Positions 45,730-59,662 are shown, numbered from the whole stretch's first letter. The stretch is DNA of 63,673 bases, filler included, from Nemertoderma westbladi (GCA_032718475.1; 4 parts of 4 records of this genome joined end to end with filler, not necessarily neighbours in it); one strand, 5' to 3'. A program made the numbers and translations. Notes: a model not told the origin generated them from the sequence alone.

Positions 45730-47018
45730 AATTACTGGAATTACAGCATAAACAAACAGAGAGACATAATCATAATTACCAGGCGGTACCCGCTCCGCTA
45801 GGCTAAAGTCAGAAAGTTAATGTTATCAGTTCAGCAGGTGGTCAAGTTGGTTGAAATTCAGTCTGCAGTTGAGTTATAGGTATAGGTATAGGTTATAGCT
45901 GTATAGGTATAGCCAGCCGTTATTCCGTTATACAGTTGCAGTTATAGGTTTATATCAGTATATCGCCATCGGTACCTCCTGATACCGCGGTACGGTTTTA
46001 CAGTTCACCTCACGCTCACGCTCACACTCGTCACTTCGTTGTTTGTTCCGCACAAGTCTGCAAGTCACAAGTCGTGCAAGTTGATGATTTGTAGGCCTAA
46101 GCCTATTCTAATTCTAAAAGCAGAAATACAGCTGACAATCTAGAAATCAAAGCTGCAAAGTTATTTATTTTTCTTTCAAATATTGAATATCTGAATATTA
46201 CATTATCAATAAATATGAAATACCTATGCCAATATAGCAATAGGCCTATATCAGTATATCAATAGCGAATCACATAGGCCCTACCCGGCTGCCCGGTAAT
46301 CGGAAATCCGTGATCAGATAAACTCATAATAAATCAAATGTTACAAAAGGTTACCAAGGCCTACCCTACCCTACCCCATCTGCAGGCTATGCCCTACTTC
46401 AGCAATTACTGCAGTACCGGTACTACAGTACTAATACCTCTAACTCATTTCAGTTCAGCCAGCGAGTCACTTTCAACTTTAGACGTTCTTCAGGCTGTCA
46501 GGTCTGCAGGTTGTCGGAGTAATCGCAGTCATTGAAATCTCAGGATTGGCACCTGTATCGGTGTATTGCTGTATATATATATACTGATATACAGATATAT
46601 ATATATATACAGTAGCAGCATACTGGCATATACAGATATAGGCAGGTAAATGTCAAGTGGAATCTACAGGGTTAAACTAAAGTCCGTATTCGTATGAATA
46701 CGATCTATCGTATTTGCCTATCAGCCTATCGTATTTGGATCACTCGTATTTCTGTATTTCAGTCATCACAATCAGACAATCGTATTCAGTTATTGCGCTG
46801 CTCTTGTTACAGATCCACCAGCTTGGCACAGGTCTAAGAACACGGTTAGGCCTATGGTCTGATGGTTGGGGTAAATCTTTTCGACCTACTCGTACTGTCG
46901 TAGCGTCGTAGGACTACGCGTGGCTATGCGTAGCTACGAGTAGTTCGCAACATTGGCTGATTGGGTCATATATCACCAGTCAGCCAGTTTCAGAGTTTCA
47001 ACATTACTAGGCGTAGGT

Positions 47019-50000
47019 TTGATTGATTGATTGAATTTTTTCCCATATAAAAATACATACTGCACAATACTGAAATAATATATATAAATCACAATTTACC
47101 GGTAATTTATTTTACATTGTTTTATGTAAATTATGTAAATTAATGGATGGTAATACATGTTTGAAATTATATAATAAAATTGTCTTGCCTAGGTATCATA
47201 AATGGTCTAACTCTGTACAGTAGTTTACAATAAATCACGTGTATATACATACATTAAACTTAAAATAAAATAAAATTTACAGTTTAAAATATATCTGTTA
47301 CGTAGCTACAGTTTAAAAAGTAGTATCACATACGTACAGTAAAATTTATTTAACAAGGTACAATAAAATACGAACACGTAGTTTAAAACTTATCACATAT
47401 TATGTATAGTAAAATTAACTCGGAGTATCAGTACGTAACTACAGTTTAAAAAGTAGTATCACATACATACAATGAAATTTATTTAACAAGGTACAATAAA
47501 ATTTATTTAACAAGGTACAATAAAATTTATTTAACAAGGTACAATAAAATACGAACACATAGTTGAAAACTTATCACATACAGTATGTACAGTAAAATTA
47601 ACTCGGAGTCTCAGTATAATTTTATACAATAAAACAAGGTATATAAAATAAAACAAGGTAGACAAAATAAAACAAGGTAGACAAAATAAAACAAGGTAGA
47701 CATCAATAAAACAAGGTAGACAAAAATAAAACAAGTAGAACCTTAAAATAAAAAACAAGTAGAAAATGTGCAATATTAGATTAAAATGGAGGGATAGCCT
47801 TATGAGGTTTCACCTCGTTTCCATAAGGGTCCCTGTGCTCTATGCGGCAGACAATATTATTTGCACCAAAATTGTAATGAAAATGGAATGGCGCCAATGA
47901 AATGCTAAAAGTAACTGAAAAATACAATAAAAAATAGCAATAAATGCAATAATAAAAACACTGTAATATATAAAATATAGCCTATAAAATAAATAATTAT
48001 GAAGTTCAATAAAATACAATGTTTGTTATGTTAATTAATAATCATAATAAATGTATTCATTTGCATTTTCGCTTAGCAGCTGCTGCTGTAGGTAGTAGTC
48101 TTTGAGGTTGTGTTTGAACACTTCTAAAGTTTTCACGTTCGTTAAGCTTTGAGGCAGTTCGTTCCAAATTTTTGGGCCCAAGTAAGTGAACGCTTTCTTG
48201 CCGCAAACTGTCGTACAATGGGGGAGCGCAGCTGATGACTCAGTAGAACGCAGTGAGTGTGTTTGACAACGAAGGTTAACGAGGTCTGACATGTAATCGA
48301 GTGATATGTTGTTAACAATTTTGAACATATGTGATGCTATAACTGCCTTTATTCTTTCGTTTAGAGGGAGCCAATTTATTTCTTTGAAGTGTTGGATTCC
48401 GATATGTTCACGAGGACCGTAACCAAGGCAATATCTGACACATTTCCTCTGCAGTGCTTCCAATTGCTTACGAAGGCGTTGAGTTATGCTGTAAAACCAA
48501 GTAGATGCGGCATAATCGATATGTGCATGGTTGTATCAGTGTATTGCATAGCAAACGTCTTGTATAGTAGTCTAGTAATCCGCCATATCTATGTAAAAAC
48601 TTCAATCTATTGTTACATTTCTTTATTACCTTTGTGGCCATCTCGGTCCCACTTAGATGTTGGTCTAGCACGGAGCCAAGGTAAGTGACCGATTTTGCAT
48701 TTTTTATACGTTGCCCACCACAATAGACTTCTAGTTCAGGAGAGGAAGCTATCTTCTGGTGTGTCCAATGAGTATGCTGTAGGTCTTATCAAAGTTTATT
48801 GTCAGTTTATTTTGTACACACCAGTCGAATACTCTGTCCATTGTTGAACTCAAACTTTTAGAAATTAATTCTGAGTCATCATTGGTTTTTATTAAGTTTG
48901 TGTCATCGGCAAAGGTTGGGTCCAGGGTGTCATCCTCTATTACCATGTGGAAGTCGTTAGTGTCTACTTGGTACAGTAGAACTCCCAAGATAGATCCCTG
49001 GGGAACACCATTTTTAATAGGTTTAGTCTCCGATCGTGTGTTGCCAATAGCAACGAACTGTTGTCTACCAGAAAGATATGATTCGAACCAATCTTTTGTT
49101 TTATCGGTAGCGCCCATAGCCTTTAGTTTTTCTAACAATATATTGTGATTCACACAGTCAAAGGCTTTTCGAAAGTCTATAGTAACCATACCAGTGAGTT
49201 TGCCATTGTCCATACCATTTCTAATAGCGCTATCTACAAAGATTAATGCCGTTTCAGTTGAATATCCCTCCCGAAAGCCCGACTGAAGTTTATTTATTAG
49301 TTTGTTATTGATATGGTGGTATTGTAGTTGGTTAAATGCAACTCTTTCAAGTATTTTAGACATTATTGGAAGTAATGAGAGCGGGCGAAAGTTTCCTCTC
49401 TCTAGTCGCGAACCACTGCTTTTATATGCAGTCTTTACACGAGCAATCTTGTAACTTGTAGGGTACTTAGTGGTTATTATAGATTGGATAATAATATGCA
49501 GTAGGGCGGATATAATGACTGATAACCCATCCTTTATTATCTTTGCCGGTATCTCATCCGATCCAGTAGCTTTAGAAACATTAACCCTAGAACATATTTT
49601 GTAAACCTCGTCATATGTCGTAGGGTGTAATTCGAAAGAATTTTCCACAACTCCCAGTTTTTTGTAATAGTCCACCACCTTCGGAATATCGTAGTTTCCA
49701 CTAGGTGGCGGCAACTTACTTACAAGCTCATCTGCTATTGTTAAAAAGTAATCATTAAAATAATTACATACATCTTCGGTGTTGCTACATATATTTCCGT
49801 CTATTTTAAGAACGGTAGGAGTTGAGGGATCCTCTTTTTGTTTTTTTGAATGGGGGCCAATGTCTTTCAATGCTTTCCAAAGTTTTTTACTGTCTTTACC
49901 AGCCAATGCAATTTTCTCTTTGATATACGCAGTCTTCTTCTTTCTAATTATAGTTGTAGTTTCATTGCGGGTTTGTTTTAGAAGTTGTTCATCATTATGG

Positions 50001-50508
50001 CTGCGTGTCTCTTGGAATCTATGGGTTTGTTTATTTCTATTAATAATGGCTTCTTTGACCTCAGTATCCACCCAGGGCTGAGAATGACATCGAACTCGAT
50101 ACTCGCGTTTGGGTGCTAGTTTATCTAGAGCAGTATTTAGAGCTAACGTTAAAATATTGGTTGCCTCATCCACATCGGTAGTAGTTGCTATCTTATCTAT
50201 TTCTCTATTGTTATGCAATTCGAATATAAGTTTCTCAGCAGTATATTCATTATAGGATCTACACTTGATATATTTTGGTTCCTTAGGACAACATTTTTTA
50301 CGTTTTCTAGTTGCAAACACCATGTAATGATCACTTAACGTATCCTTAATTACTCCAGAAGTAATTACCATATTTGGGTTTGAAACAAAGATATGGTCCA
50401 ATAGTGTAGCAGTTGTTGAAGTTACTCGAGTTGGCTCCCGTATTAATTGAACTATACTGTTCGACTCACAGAATTGCAATAGTTGTTTCAGGTTGTTATC
50501 GATATGTT
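47019..50508 (-). mobile_element. CR1/L2-type LINE, 5'-truncated, with long repetitive 3' UTR and probable (TCAA)n tail
   Basis: EPTRVT..LLDHIFVS..SDH (APE end); KATGSDEI; FRPLSLLP..SKILER; QSGFR..STETAL; DFRKAFDCVNH; GVPQGSILG; FADD; ttgattgattgattga at ~47019. Confidence 0.88.
48035..50479 (-). pseudogene. LINE ORF2 (APE end and RT) in three frameshifted pieces
   Basis: ORFs 48749-50479, 48468-48671 and 48035-48463 are colinear with CR1/L2 ORF2. Confidence 0.9.
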
Positions 50509-53500
50509 CTAGGCGAACTACGCGTAGGTGCTACGTATAATTACGGATTCCAAGCGGTTCAGTCTGTCAGTACTAAAATAAGATAATACTGTATGTTCAA
50601 TCAACCCACAAGCCACAACCATCAAATTCTTTCAACAAATGTATCCTATACCTGGTATGTATGTATACTCTACTGTATGTAGTGGCATACGCTAAGACTA
50701 CATATTCTTCACTTCATGCGTTGTCAGGTTGTGCGCGCTAAAAATGCGTTAATAATGTTTAGAGTTCAAATATAGTTTACAAAGGAAATAGGCCGATGGT
50801 TCTTATCGATTCTCTATTGATTTTTATTGCCTTTGTTCACGAGAGGGCAAGGATATATTTATGCTAACCCCTTACTGCCTTAACAAGGGAAGGGGGAGAC
50901 TACTGTACAATATTGTCTACCATGATTGGTTGCACTTGTTAATTGACCAAACAATTGAATTATCATTTCACATTTATCATGAAGTATTATCAGCTTTCGC
51001 TTAACCGGTATCACCGGTAGACTGGTAGCTTATACTAACTGTAGAATATTAAAATTATCCAATGGAAACAAAGATACTTGAATCATGAGACGTGAATTTT
51101 AAGTCTACTTTTCTCATCCTGTGTTTGTATGTGAAAGAGCCGAATATTATTTATTACCATAGCTGCATGTGCTGTACTGCTGTATGTCTGTATGTAGAGA
51201 TATGAGCTTCCGATTCTGTTATTCCATTTGTCTGATAATCAGATACCTGAACCTGACATATACCGATACTTGCCTAACAACTCAACCCTACCGGACCTGA
51301 AATTAAAAAATATTGTTATCATGACTGATACGGCATGCGGGACGCGATGCCTGCGTTTTTTATGCGGAATGCGAATTTGCCGCCTTTATTAAACTAAAAC
51401 ATGCGTACAAAATGCGTAAATGCAGTTGTAGATTTAATGGGTATTTTATATGTAAGAGTCGCATACAATGGATATTTGCGTAAACATGCGAAAAAAATGC
51501 ATTCTAAACACAACAATCACGCCATATTCAATTATCCAATGAGAAACTAGGCCTTAAAGATTTCATTCAGCTAAATGCTAAATGCTTGACAGTTTGTATC
51601 CGTATCAGCAAACAGCCTGTCTGTCTGTCACATGTCAGTATGCAGTACTGCAGTATACTGTATGGTACCGTAGGTGTTGTACAGTAGTTTCATTATTAGA
51701 CTACACTGGTATGGCCATTGTATTAGTAGACCATGATACTACCGTACCGGTACCGCCGTTGTAGGCCTACTGTTTGATAGTACCGGTAATTATAGTTTGT
51801 GTGTACTAGTAAACCGGTCACAGGTCGCCGGTCATGGAGGGGCATCCTTTGTCGGCGCAAATACAAGCATCACCCGCACTGGCAAGAAATTCAAGCCTGC
51901 ACTCTCGCAGTCGCCGGCAAAGAAGACCACGGCCACTTCATATCATGCACTGGCTTTCCTCCTGTAAGTATAAATTATTATGGGGACTGATACTAATGAT
52001 AATATTTTTTTCAATATTCACAATATTTGACACTACAGTACTACCCAAAATAACATGAATTAAAAACAATCATCAATTGAAATTATGTATATTAATAAGT
52101 TACTAATTTGGTGTTGTTCAAACTAAATCCTATTAAAAAAATAATACAAATGTTGGTTACCTGCTGTCTCAAATATATTTTATTACAATAAACGAAATTT
52201 GTGATCGGGAAGATTGACATAGGTAAAGTAACACTAACTACATTATAGGCTAATATTATATTTTTATTATTTTTAGCGATATGTCTTTTAGTATGCTATT
52301 CCCGATCCACGTCGATTCAGAGATGTTGTTAGAGAACGGGATTCGGCGTGGGTACTTTTATTGGGATTCTCGAGGCGGGGTACCGTGGGGGGGGGGGGGG
52401 GGGGGGGGGGGAGGGGGGGGGGGGGAGAGAGAGAGACAACTCACCTCCCCGCGATAGTATCCCGGGCTTAGGTCCGGTCCATCTAAGGGCACCCCCGATC
52501 TACCCTCCACGTCCCTCTACGTTGCAGGAGATTCCAGGTCGGCAGAACTGGCGGGATTCTGTCTGGAAATTCCCATACTTGGTTTAACCGGGGTTTGTGT
52601 TGTTGTTAATATTATTTCATATTTGTAAATGTGTGCGGGGGCAACATATGTAGATGATTGAAGGGGTTGGCCTGCCCGTGTTAAAGGCGGGCTTGACTGA
52701 GTCGTGGTGCGTCGAAGGCGAGGTTAACCTCCCAGAAATATCTGATGCTGAGGGCAGACGGGCGCTGCCACACCCATTTTCATCGCGGTAAAATATCGCG
52801 ATGTTTCTTAATAGTCAACACCAAAAGGTAGGTATTTTAATATTCTTATTGGTAATAAAATTTGCTAATTAAAACCTTAAGTAATAATTTACATACTTAG
52901 GCCCTACATTATTGCACTTTTTAATTGATTGATGGTAACAATAATAATGAAAAATTACCAAACTACAGTACCATTACAGCGCAGTAGTTGATATACAGTA
53001 TAGGCCTACAGTATGTTTTCCTTTTCAGGATAAATTAATTGAGAAGGGGAATGACGTTAGTGGTGTTTAACAACCTTTTAATGACGAACCACAAGATACT
53101 GACTGTATACCTCAATGTCAATCATGATTATTGAAGAATAATCAAGATGATGTAATTGTTCTTCTAAAAGTTCTTGATGAAATTAACAAGTAACTATAGA
53201 ACAAACCTTCTGTACGTACTCATGTTCTCAGTAATCCCTACTACCATTAATTACTACCTTTAATTAGTACTCAGAACTCCCATGCACTCCGTACCAATGT
53301 AGAATACAGTTAGGCCCTACAGTAGTACCGCCAGTAGTACTACAGTATTTAAAATTGTAAATACAATACTTTCTAAAATAGTTACTGTTTAACTGTGATA
53401 AAGAACTTATCAAGAAATTTGTTTATGTAAATTTTTTGTACCATTTGTTCCTTTGTTCTATTATTAAAATATATTTGTTGAAGGTAATTGAAATTAATTT

Positions 53501-54096
53501 ACTTTTCATTAATTATTCAAAGTGTAAACTTGGCATTACATGTGTGTAAATTATGTTTCATCAAAAGTGTGTTTCAAAAGTTCAAAACTCAGTTTGGAAA
53601 AAGAGTGTATATGTGCGTAAAATATGCGAATCTATAAATTGCGTTAATAATGCTTTAATTCGCAATGTGAAAACCGTGCGTTAACTATGCGTAGTTCATT
53701 CCAGAATGAGTGTAAATCCGCATGCGAAACGCATAATAAACACCATGCGGAAAACGTGCGTTTATCATACTGGGACGTAGCTACGAGTAGCACCTACGAC
53801 TAGTTTCGAAATACCTACGCGTAGTTCCAAAATACCTACGCGAGTTGTTAAAAAGGCAGTAAGTCTGGCCCTACCGGCAAATGACAGGAATGGAAGTTAC
53901 AAACTACGCGTAGGTCGAAAAGATTTACCCTATGATTGGTTACTTACTGTCAGACCTTAAGTAATGTTCGGATATCTGTCAGTCTGTAGGCCTGTAAGCC
54001 TGTCCTAATTTTAGCAACTCAATTCAGAAAGAATATTCGAAACAATGAAAACTCTGAAACTTGAAGGGGCAACACTCATTGTGTTGCATATAAAAG

Positions 54097-54458
54097 CAGG
54101 GCCAGGTGCAGAGGTGAGCAGGGCCAGGTGCAGGAGGTGAGCAGGGCCAGGTGCAGGAGGTGAGCAGGGCCAGGTGCAGGAGGTGAGCAGGGCCAGGTGC
54201 AGGAGGTGAGCAGGGCCAGGTGCAGGAGGTGAGCAGGGCCAGTGCAGAGGTGAGCAGGGCCAGGTGCAGAGGTGAGCAGGGCCAGGTGCAGAGGTGAGCA
54301 GTGCCAGGTGCAGAGGTGAGCAGGGCCAGATGCAGAGGAGCAGGGCCAGGTGCAGAGGTGAGCAGAGCCAGGTGCAGAGGTGAGCAGGGCCAGGTGCAGA
54401 GGTGAGCAGGGCCAGGTGCAGGAGGTGAGCAGGGCCAGGTTCAGAGGTGAGCAGGGCC
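54097..54458. repeat. GC-rich 23/24-bp minisatellite, ~15 copies
   Basis: Unit gcagggccaggtgcag(g)aggtga. Confidence 0.96.
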
Positions 54459-55064
54459 AACTACTCTCTCTCTGGCAGACCGGCATGGCGCACTTGATAC
54501 ATAATAAATATAAAAATAGTAAAACTGTTATGTTCAAAATGTTAATTTCGTTAATGCTTTATATATTTTTTATGTGAATAATATTTCTGGAGTCCCGAAA
54601 TTTTACTTTAATATTAAATTTAATTTTTCAATCTTTACTATAGCACTCGGTAAATAGAATGCCCCTAGAATAGTGAAAAAACCTTTTTTCCCAGAACTAG
54701 TAAATAATTTTATTAATTCTTCATTCATTTTAAGTAACTATTTGCCTACTAACGCATGAACTGTCGCAATGGCTTAGGCCTACTACAGTACTACCCGCAT
54801 TATGGCGGGAAATTTAAATTACATAAAGAGCATGTACCTGTTTTTAACGAGTCGAAGTCAGTATCTAAAGTGTACTGATTAACTTCACAATACAATATCA
54901 GAATATTGAACAGTAATCAGTGAAATTTTAGTTGAGTATGCTGTAGATAAACTGTTACTTTGCACAGACTGACAGATAGCCTAATATTGAAAAACAAATT
55001 CCATAGTAGGCCTACTTCGATTTGGCCTACGTTGCTAGGCTACGAATCCGCAAATAGAAAACTC

Positions 55065-55702
55065 ATGAACATATTTCTGGTTTGTGGACGTGGTTCCGCT
55101 GGTAAAGTTCATGTTGGTCGCCAACTAATAATAATAACTCTAAGGAGTCGCGGACACACTCGGTTGATGTCCTCCGAGAATCATTCGACCAGTCAAAACC
55201 TAATAGAAGTCGAACGTAAGTTCAATATTCCGCCAAATTTCACCGCTAATCTCGCTAGTTTGGGGGCGAGGCGTACAGGTAACCGTACGTTTACCGACTG
55301 CTACTACGATGTCCCAGAGTACACTCTCACATTAAATGATCATTGGTTGAGGCAACGGAGCGATTCGTGGGAGCTGAAATACCCACCGCCGGAACGAAAC
55401 CGATGTTCCACCACGAAAACCTACAGCGAATCGTCCAAACCAATCGATATACTCAATATAGTCGGCAGAGTTCTAGACAAAGATGTCAATCTTACTTCTT
55501 CCCAACTTCCTAAAGACACATTATTTTCTTGGGGACTCGTTTCGTTCGCCGTAATAACCACCCGTAGAATATCATACACCTACCGCGATATGGTTATCGA
55601 ACTAGATGAGGTTCTATCAGCTAGTGAGGAGTCTGTATTTAGGTTGGGCGAGATTGAAATGTTGGTTCCGGCAGACGAGGTCCCTCGAGCCAAGGAATGT
55701 AT
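55065..55702 (+). CDS. THTPA: Thiamine triphosphatase (CYTH domain), 3' end lost in gap; alternative start at 55167
   Basis: IEVERKF (ExExK), F.D.YYD.P...L...DHWLRQR..SWELK, F..I.TRR.SY, GEIE. Confidence 0.88.
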
Positions 55703-55802
55703 NNNNNNNNNNNNNNNNNNNNNNNNNNNNNNNNNNNNNNNNNNNNTTAATTAATTAANNNNNNNNNNNNNNNNNNNNNNNNNNNNNNNNNNNNNNNNNN
55801 NN
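55703..55802. other. Assembly gap with artificial linker
   Basis: N44-TTAATTAATTAA-N44. Confidence 0.97.
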
Positions 55803-57177
55803 TTAAAAGGGGAAAAGCCACCACCAATTTGGACTAAAGGTCAACTAAAGCCTCTCCCCAAGAAAGGAGACCTCGGCATACCAACAAACTATCGTGGGAT
55901 CTGTCTGCTTGTGGTAGCTGTCAAAATATACAATAAAATGATTCTATATAGGATTAGGCCTCACATAGAGAAACTACTGCGTAAGAGCCAAAACGGATTT
56001 CGACCAAGTAGATCAACAATAGCTCAGAGACTTGCACTACGGAGACTGATTGAAGGAATTAAGTCAAAGAATCTCCCCGCAGTCATGACTTTTGTGGACT
56101 TCAAGATGGCATTCGACTCCATCCATAGAGGTAAAATGCTTGAAATCCTAAGAGCTTATGGAATACCTAAAGTAATTGTTGCTGGCATTTGATTGTTATA
56201 TTGTGACACAGAAGCGCAGGTAATCTCACCAGATGGAGAAATTGAGTTTTTCTCAATCCTGGCTGGCGTACTGCAAGGTGACACATTAGCACCATTACTA
56301 TTTGTAATTGTGCTGGATTACGCAATGAGGACGGCCACAAAGGGTGAAGATCTGGGATTCACACTTCAAGAACGCAGAAGTAGTAGATATCCGGCAACTA
56401 CAGTCACAGACACCGACTTTGCGGATGACATCGCCCTGCTCTCTAATACGCTAGCAGATGCACAGCTTCTACTAAATAAAGTGGAGAGGGCTGCTAAGGT
56501 GGTTGGATTGCATATAAATGCTACAAAGACGGAATTCATGACCTTTAATGTTGATGGAAACTTGACAACCATTGATAATAATCAACTAAGGAAGGTTGAT
56601 GACTTCCAGTACCTTGGATCATGGATAGAGAGTAGCAAAAAGGACATAGAAGTTAGGAAAGCAAAGGCTTGGGTAGCTCTATCAAAAATGGATACCATCT
56701 GGAAATCAGATCTCTCCAGGCACCTGAAGACTAAGTTCTTTCGAGCCACAGTGGAAAGTGTATTTTTATTCGGGGGTGAGACCTGGACACTGACTAAATC
56801 ACTGGAACAACGAACTGATGGTTGCTACACAAGACTACTAAGGGCAGCCCTAAACATCAGCTGGAGACAACACATGACAAACGCCGAACTTTATGGTACA
56901 ATACCACCTGTATCAACCACCCTCCATTAATGCAGATTAAGATTCAGTGGGCACTGCTGGCGAAGTAAAGATGAGGTCATACCAGATCTACTTCTCTGGC
57001 AACCAACTCATGGAAAGCGTAGTCGTGGACGACCGGCCATAACATATATAGATCAACTTGAAAGGGATACTGAACTTGGGAGAAACGAAATTGCGACAAC
57101 TATGGAGAATCGGGAAGCCTGGAAGGATCTCATTTCCACTGTACGAGTTCGCTCGACGTAGTAGTAGTAGTAGTAGT
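55803..57177 (+). mobile_element. RTE-clade LINE 3' portion with in-frame stops and (TAG)n tail
   Basis: PLPKKGDL, SQNGFR, GVLQGDTLAP, DFADD, YLGSWI, RFSGHCWR; gtagtagtagtagtagt at 57158-57177. Confidence 0.93.
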
Positions 57178-58394
57178 CTATTGATTTGGTCTTCGCAGTC
57201 CGAGGGGCCCGGATCATTCCCCTTGCCTACCGTGAAGCTGCAAAGGAAAAACTTGACAAGATGCTGGCCAGTGGTGTTAATGTACCAGTGACATAACCTA
57301 CTGAATGGTGCCACCCTCTTGTCATTGTGCCAAAGAAACATGGAGGTGTTCGGATAAATATAGACCTAACTAAACTCAATAAGTTTTTCCACCGGCCAAT
57401 TTACCCCCTTTGTACACCGCGGTATGCTGTCTCTGACATCCCAGGTGGGATGCAGTTTTTCTCCACTCTTGATGCAGAGGATGGTTACTGGCAACTCCCA
57501 CTGGAGGAGGCCTCCCAAGACTTGACCACATTCGCCACCCCCTGGGGCCGTTTTAAACATGTACGTGCTCCGATGGGACTCTGCTCCACAGGCGATGTAT
57601 ACTGCCTACAGGGCGACCTTGCTCTCAGCTCTGTCCCACACACCTGGAAGATTGTCTATGATATCCTTGCTTTCTCATCCAATCTATCTGCCCATGTGGA
57701 CCTGAACCGCCGAATCCTCCTCCGCTGCCGGGAGTCAGGGATCACCCTGCATCCAGGGAAGTTTGCCTTTGCACAGGAGCGTGTGGAGTTTGCTGGTTTC
57801 TACATTTCTGCCACCGGTATCGAGGGAGACCCTGCTAAACTCGTGGCAATTGCCTCTTTCCCACGGCCAAACAATATTACCAGCTGCGCTCATTCCTCAT
57901 CATGGTTGAGCAACTGGGTACATTCAGCGTTGTATCACTCCAACAGCTGCACCACTCCAGCCCCTCCTGCAGAAGAAAAACGCATTTGCCTGGGAGGAAA
58001 TACACGACGAGGCATTCGCAGCTGTAAAAGCTGCCCTAACATCAATCCCTATTCTGGCAAACTTTAAACCCTGCCTCCCTACCATCCTCCAGACTGATGC
58101 CTCACGTGTTAATGGCCTCGGTTATGTGTTGCTGCAGGACCACTGTGAGTCCCGGCACCTAGTTCACTGTGGTTCCCACTTTATTTCAGAGACTGAGGGG
58201 CGGTATGCAATGGTTGAGCTGGAGCTGCTCGCAGTCACCTGGGCACTCCGGAAGTGCCGTATATTCCTCTCTGGCCTGGCCCGACTTTGAAATAATCACT
58301 GATCATCAGCCCCTCGTTTCCATCCTCGATCACCACACACTGGATGAGGTGGAGAACCCTCGCCTCTAACGCCTTAAGGAGCGCACCATGGCCT
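57178..58394 (+). pseudogene. Gypsy (Mag-like) RT-RNase H fragment, interrupted by element D
   Basis: EWCHPLVIVPKK..VRINIDLTKLN; LDAEDGYWQ; TFATPWGRF; QTDASR; ELELLAV; IITDHQPL. Confidence 0.9.
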
Positions 58395-59037
58395 TGTGAC
58401 GGGATCAGAGATCCCGACCGGATTGGTAAAGTATGCGTCACCGCTCTGCTGGGGATCGTGCTGTTAGCTTTGGCCGAGGCCGACTGAGAAAACAGTAGAA
58501 GTTCCTGTTGTCTTTTGATATTAGGAAATATAGGCAATAATAGCACAATGTATGATTGAAAGCAGAAATACAGATAAATTGTCACCGGTATCGCAGTGGC
58601 GGTCATTTACTATGACTGGTCTGCACTAAATAAACTGAATAACACGACTGACCTGTAAACCAGTATTGTAGGATAATATATGATTAATACATAGAATATT
58701 GGTTCACCTTCTTACTCTACTTTGGCCCTTTACCCAATGGATGCTTTCCTGTTCCCTATCACGTGCTTCCCTCCCCACTATTGGCTAATATACTACTTGT
58801 CACCTTGGCACTCTCTGGGAGTGTTTCCCCTCCGCTTCTAGCGGAGGGGACTAGCTGCCTTCCATCCGAGGTGGTTTGACCTCTCACCTTTCTCTGTGGC
58901 TTGGGGCTTGTGTCGCCCCCCGAATGTTGGTTATGATACGAGATTAATATTGGTAATCTCGTATCCCCAACATATTGCTAAAATGCCACTAGTCCCATTT
59001 TCTGGTGGGTAATGAAGTGTAATTGAATCCGCTTACA
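58395..59037 (-). repeat. Element D 3' LTR (643 bp)
   Basis: Ends TGTAAGCGGATTCAATT.. / ..GATCCCGTCACA on the minus strand, homologous to the A and B LTR termini. Confidence 0.88.
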
Positions 59038-59481
59038 CTCCCCCCCATGCTATCTTCCAGGTGAGAAGATAGCATAGACCTCAAGTGCGCTTCAATTCCG
59101 CTGGAACCCAATCTAATATCGGGTGTGGGGTGGAGTTCTTTTCTCGGGGTCGGCTTTCCAGGCCGCCCCCCCCCCCCCTGGGTATGTTGTTGCTACCCCT
59201 CCTTGGTGCAATCGCGAGCTATGTTGCACCAAGGTATCTGACGTCTCCATTTGAGACAATTGTGCTTTCTCTTCACACAATTTTCAAAAAACCTCACTCT
59301 TAATCTTACTCTAATCTCACTCTCGGACCCCTCTGTCCCTTGCTCTCTCTCTCACGGACCTCGTTGTCCCTTACTCTCCCTCTTACTGCTCGCTCCCCAC
59401 ACTTGAATTGCACTCCTCTCACTTCCTCACGTGCCAACACCTCCTCTCCATACTTCCCTCGTACTCCTCTCATACTCCTCT

Positions 59482-59662
59482 CGGAACTTACCCCAGTCCA
59501 TCGGCTTGTGGCAGACAAGCCTCATGAGCTGGCCCATTGCCACTGCTTCACAATGTCCTGTGCCCGCTCCGTGCTCCCCCCGGAACTTGCCCCAGTCCAT
59601 CGGCTTGTGGCAGACAAGGCCCATGAGCTGGCCCATCCCCACTGCTCCACAATGTCCTGTGT
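59482..59662. repeat. 99-bp tandem duplication in the D 3' region
   Basis: cggaactt.ccccagtccatcggcttgtggcagacaag at 59482 and 59581. Confidence 0.9.

Larger units (their letters stand above)
46869..53930. mobile_element. Putative ~7-kb TIR DNA transposon (decayed) containing a nested LINE
   Basis: GGGTAAATCTTTTCGACCTAC(T/G)CGTA at 46869 is inverted at 53905-53930; subterminal ctacg(c/a)gtag motifs at both ends; no clean TSD and no transposase recognised. Confidence 0.7.

Noticed and set aside
52660-52780. HDV-like ribozyme in the GC-rich island
   Set aside because: Hairpins are present but I could not assemble the nested double pseudoknot
54011-54537. Pro/His/Leu-rich ORFs
   Set aside because: Translations of the 23/24-bp minisatellite
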